Assembly (NCBI GenBank): GCA_963803705.1
Contig: CAWDNU010000003.1
Coordinates: 96,001 to 160,000 of the forward strand
From: an uncultured Pseudobdellovibrionaceae bacterium
GTDB taxonomy: Bacteria; Bdellovibrionota; Bdellovibrionia; Bdellovibrionales; UBA1609
Direction: 5' to 3'
DNA: 64,000 bases
Each line of letters begins with the position of its first letter. The first letter of the stretch is position 1. Below are positions 62,262-64,000 of this stretch, one piece after another. Below the pieces are notes generated by a model. It worked only from the letters and a program-made list of their open reading frames with translations, ran no database searches and was not told where the DNA came from. Both the position numbers and the translations under genes were made by a program.

Positions 62262-62612
62262 ATGAAAAATTTATTTTTAATCGTCATATTATCAGCCGTT
62301 GGATATTTATCCCATGCACACGAGGGATCTCATGATAAAAAATCTGAACGAAAGGTAAAAATCGAGATTAGCGAAAATGGATTTAAACCAGCAAAAATAG
62401 AAGCTCATAAAGGTGAAAATTTAATTTTACTTGTGACTAGGAAAACTGATAAAACTTGCATGACTGAATTAAAAGGATTGAACGGATCAAAGAATCTTAA
62501 GCTTCCCTTAAATAAAGAAGTCGAGTTTAAAGTTGGCAAGCTCAACAAAGCCGGAGACATACAACTTCTTTGTGGAATGGATATGAGGGCTGGTGTCGTC
62601 AGCGTTCAGTAA
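62262..62612 (+). CDS. Cupredoxin-domain protein
   Basis: AGGAG RBS, signal peptide, GFKP...C...LPLN...CGMDM. Confidence 0.85.
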   Translation: MKNLFLIVILSAVGYLSHAHEGSHDKKSERKVKIEISENGFKPAKIEAHKGENLILLVTRKTDKTCMTELKGLNGSKNLKLPLNKEVEFKVGKLNKAGDIQLLCGMDMRAGVVSVQ

Positions 62613-62680
62613 ATTTAAAAATTATTTATTGAACTTAGTTTTGTAATTTTCTGTTTTAAAAGTAAAAAGGAAGTGTGCTT

Positions 62681-64000
62681 ATGGTTGACCATTCAAGTTG
62701 TTCACATACTAATCAAGCGGATGAAAACCAGTTTGTTGTGACTGATCCCGTTTGTGGAATGAAAGTGGATTCTAAAAAGGCTAAAGGTGGTCAACACTCT
62801 TATAAAGAGAAAGATTATTTTTTTTGTAATCCGAAATGTAAAGACAAATTCATAAGTGACCCTGAAAAGTATTTGAATCCAAAAAAATATAAAAAATCAG
62901 ATCACTTATTAGGAGATTCGTCAGATCATTCGAAGATCGAATACACCTGCCCCATGCATCCTGAAATTAAACAAATGGGTCCCGGAAATTGTCCCATCTG
63001 TGGAATGGCTTTAGAACCTACTGAAATTTCATTAGACTACGAGGAAGACAAGTCAGAGTTACATGATATGACTTTGCGCTTTTGGGTGAGTCTTGTTCTA
63101 TGTCTTCCGCTTTTAGTGATCACCATGGGTGGCCGACACTTTTTCACCGAATTTGTTTCTGGAAGAACTTTAAGCTACCTTGAAGTTCTTTTGGCGACCC
63201 CAGTTGTTATCTGGGCGGGGTTCCCATTTTTTGAACGATTTTTACAATCTTTAAAAACTCGAAATTTAAACATGTTCACCCTTATTGGTGTGGGTGTAGG
63301 CGTTGCTTATGCCTATAGTATGGTTGCTGTATTTCTGCCGCATTTGTTCCCAGAATCTTTTAAAGATGCATCTGGTGAAGTGGGTCTTTATTTTGAAGCC
63401 GCAGCTGTGATTGTGGCTTTAGTTTTGCTGGGTCAGGTTTTAGAACTTCGAGCCCGAAGTCAAACGGGCGCAGCTATCAAAGCTCTTTTGGGTTTAGCGC
63501 CTAAGACTGCTCGAAAAATAAATGAGCAGGGCGAAGAGGTGGATATACCCATTGAGCACATTGTGCTTGGAGATAAGTTAAGAGTCCGTCCTGGTGAAAA
63601 AATTCCTGTTGATGGTGAAGTCGTCGAAGGTAAATCTGTTGTTGATGAATCCATGATTACTGGAGAACCCATTCCCATAGAAAAATCCAAAGGTGATTCT
63701 GTAGTTGGGGCCACAATCAACGGAACGGGAAGTTTAGTTATTGAAGCCAAAAAAATTGGAAAAGACACTTTACTTTCGCAAATCGTAAAAATGGTCAGTG
63801 AAGCTCAAAGAAGTCGAGCACCAATCCAAAAACTGGCAGATCAAGTGTCTTCAATTTTTGTTCCAGCTGTGATTTCAATATCTATTCTTACTTTTTTTAT
63901 TTGGTATTTTTTTGGTCCTAGTCCAAGTTTAGTCTACGGGATTATAAATGCGGTGGCTGTTCTTATTATTGCCTGCCCGTGTGCTTTAGGTCTTGCGACC
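62681..64000 (+). CDS. copA: Cu P1B-type ATPase with YHS domain (3' end outside window)
   Basis: Manual translation: TDPVCGM...YFFC (YHS), YTCPMHP...[36 protein letters not shown]. Confidence 0.93.
   Translation, partial: MVDHSSCSHTNQADENQFVVTDPVCGMKVDSKKAKGGQHSYKEKDYFFCNPKCKDKFISDPEKYLNPKKYKKSDHLLGDSSDHSKIEYTCPMHPEIKQMGPGNCPICGMALEPTEISLDYEEDKSELHDMTLRFWVSLVLCLPLLVITMGGRHFFTEFVSGRTLSYLEVLLATPVVIWAGFPFFERFLQSLKTRNLNMFTLIGVGVGVAYAYSMVAVFLPHLFPESFKDASGEVGLYFEAAAVIVALVLLGQVLELRARSQTGAAIKALLGLAPKTARKINEQGEEVDIPIEHIVLGDKLRVRPGEKIPVDGEVVEGKSVVDESMITGEPIPIEKSKGDSVVGATINGTGSLVIEAKKIGKDTLLSQIVKMVSEAQRSRAPIQKLADQVSSIFVPAVISISILTFFIWYFFGPSPSLVYGIINAVAVLIIACPCALGLAT

Larger units (their letters stand above)
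24850..64000. mobile_element. Integrative conjugative element (right end not seen)
   Basis: att fragment, integrase/xis, relaxase-like and coupling genes, T4SS operon, regulatory module and metal-resistance cargo. Confidence 0.8.

Noticed and set aside
1..64000. CRISPR array, rRNA, intact tRNA or oriT
   Set aside because: No repeat-spacer array or full RNA gene seen by eye; no nic consensus is known to me for this relaxase type

Overview
AT-rich bacterial DNA; the gene style suggests a Bdellovibrionota/Oligoflexia-like host, which is an inference. Bases 1-12.3 kb look like host or accessory genes: a C-N hydrolase, DUF421, a beta-lactamase-fold serine hydrolase, a FAD oxidoreductase/DUF1365/cfa-like trio and surface lipoproteins. 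An IS3 element without a target duplication follows. From about 13.7 kb the window is mobile DNA. A decayed island end (13.7-24.9 kb) stops at a tRNA-Glu-like 3' fragment (att). A large integrative conjugative element then runs to the window end. It encodes a tyrosine integrase and excisionase, a VirB2/3/4/5/6/8/9/10 plus TraV-like T4SS, an FtsK/TcpA-type ATPase and a Replic_Relax-like protein instead of VirD4 and a HUH relaxase, plus czc/cadA and cus/copA metal-resistance cargo. The most striking signal is a five-gene module present twice in diverged form (15.2-22.3 kb and 47.3-54.4 kb). It comprises a sigma54 NtrC-type activator, a ~960 aa ankyrin/Cys lipoprotein, a histidine kinase, a glycine-zipper lipoprotein and a VirB8/TraK-like protein. 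Two identically built sigma54 (-24/-12 plus IHF-like) promoters accompany it, one heading the whole transfer operon. This suggests an envelope-sensing, sigma54-dependent switch for conjugation. Several frameshifts may be assembly errors. All family calls are by motif recognition; no searches were run.
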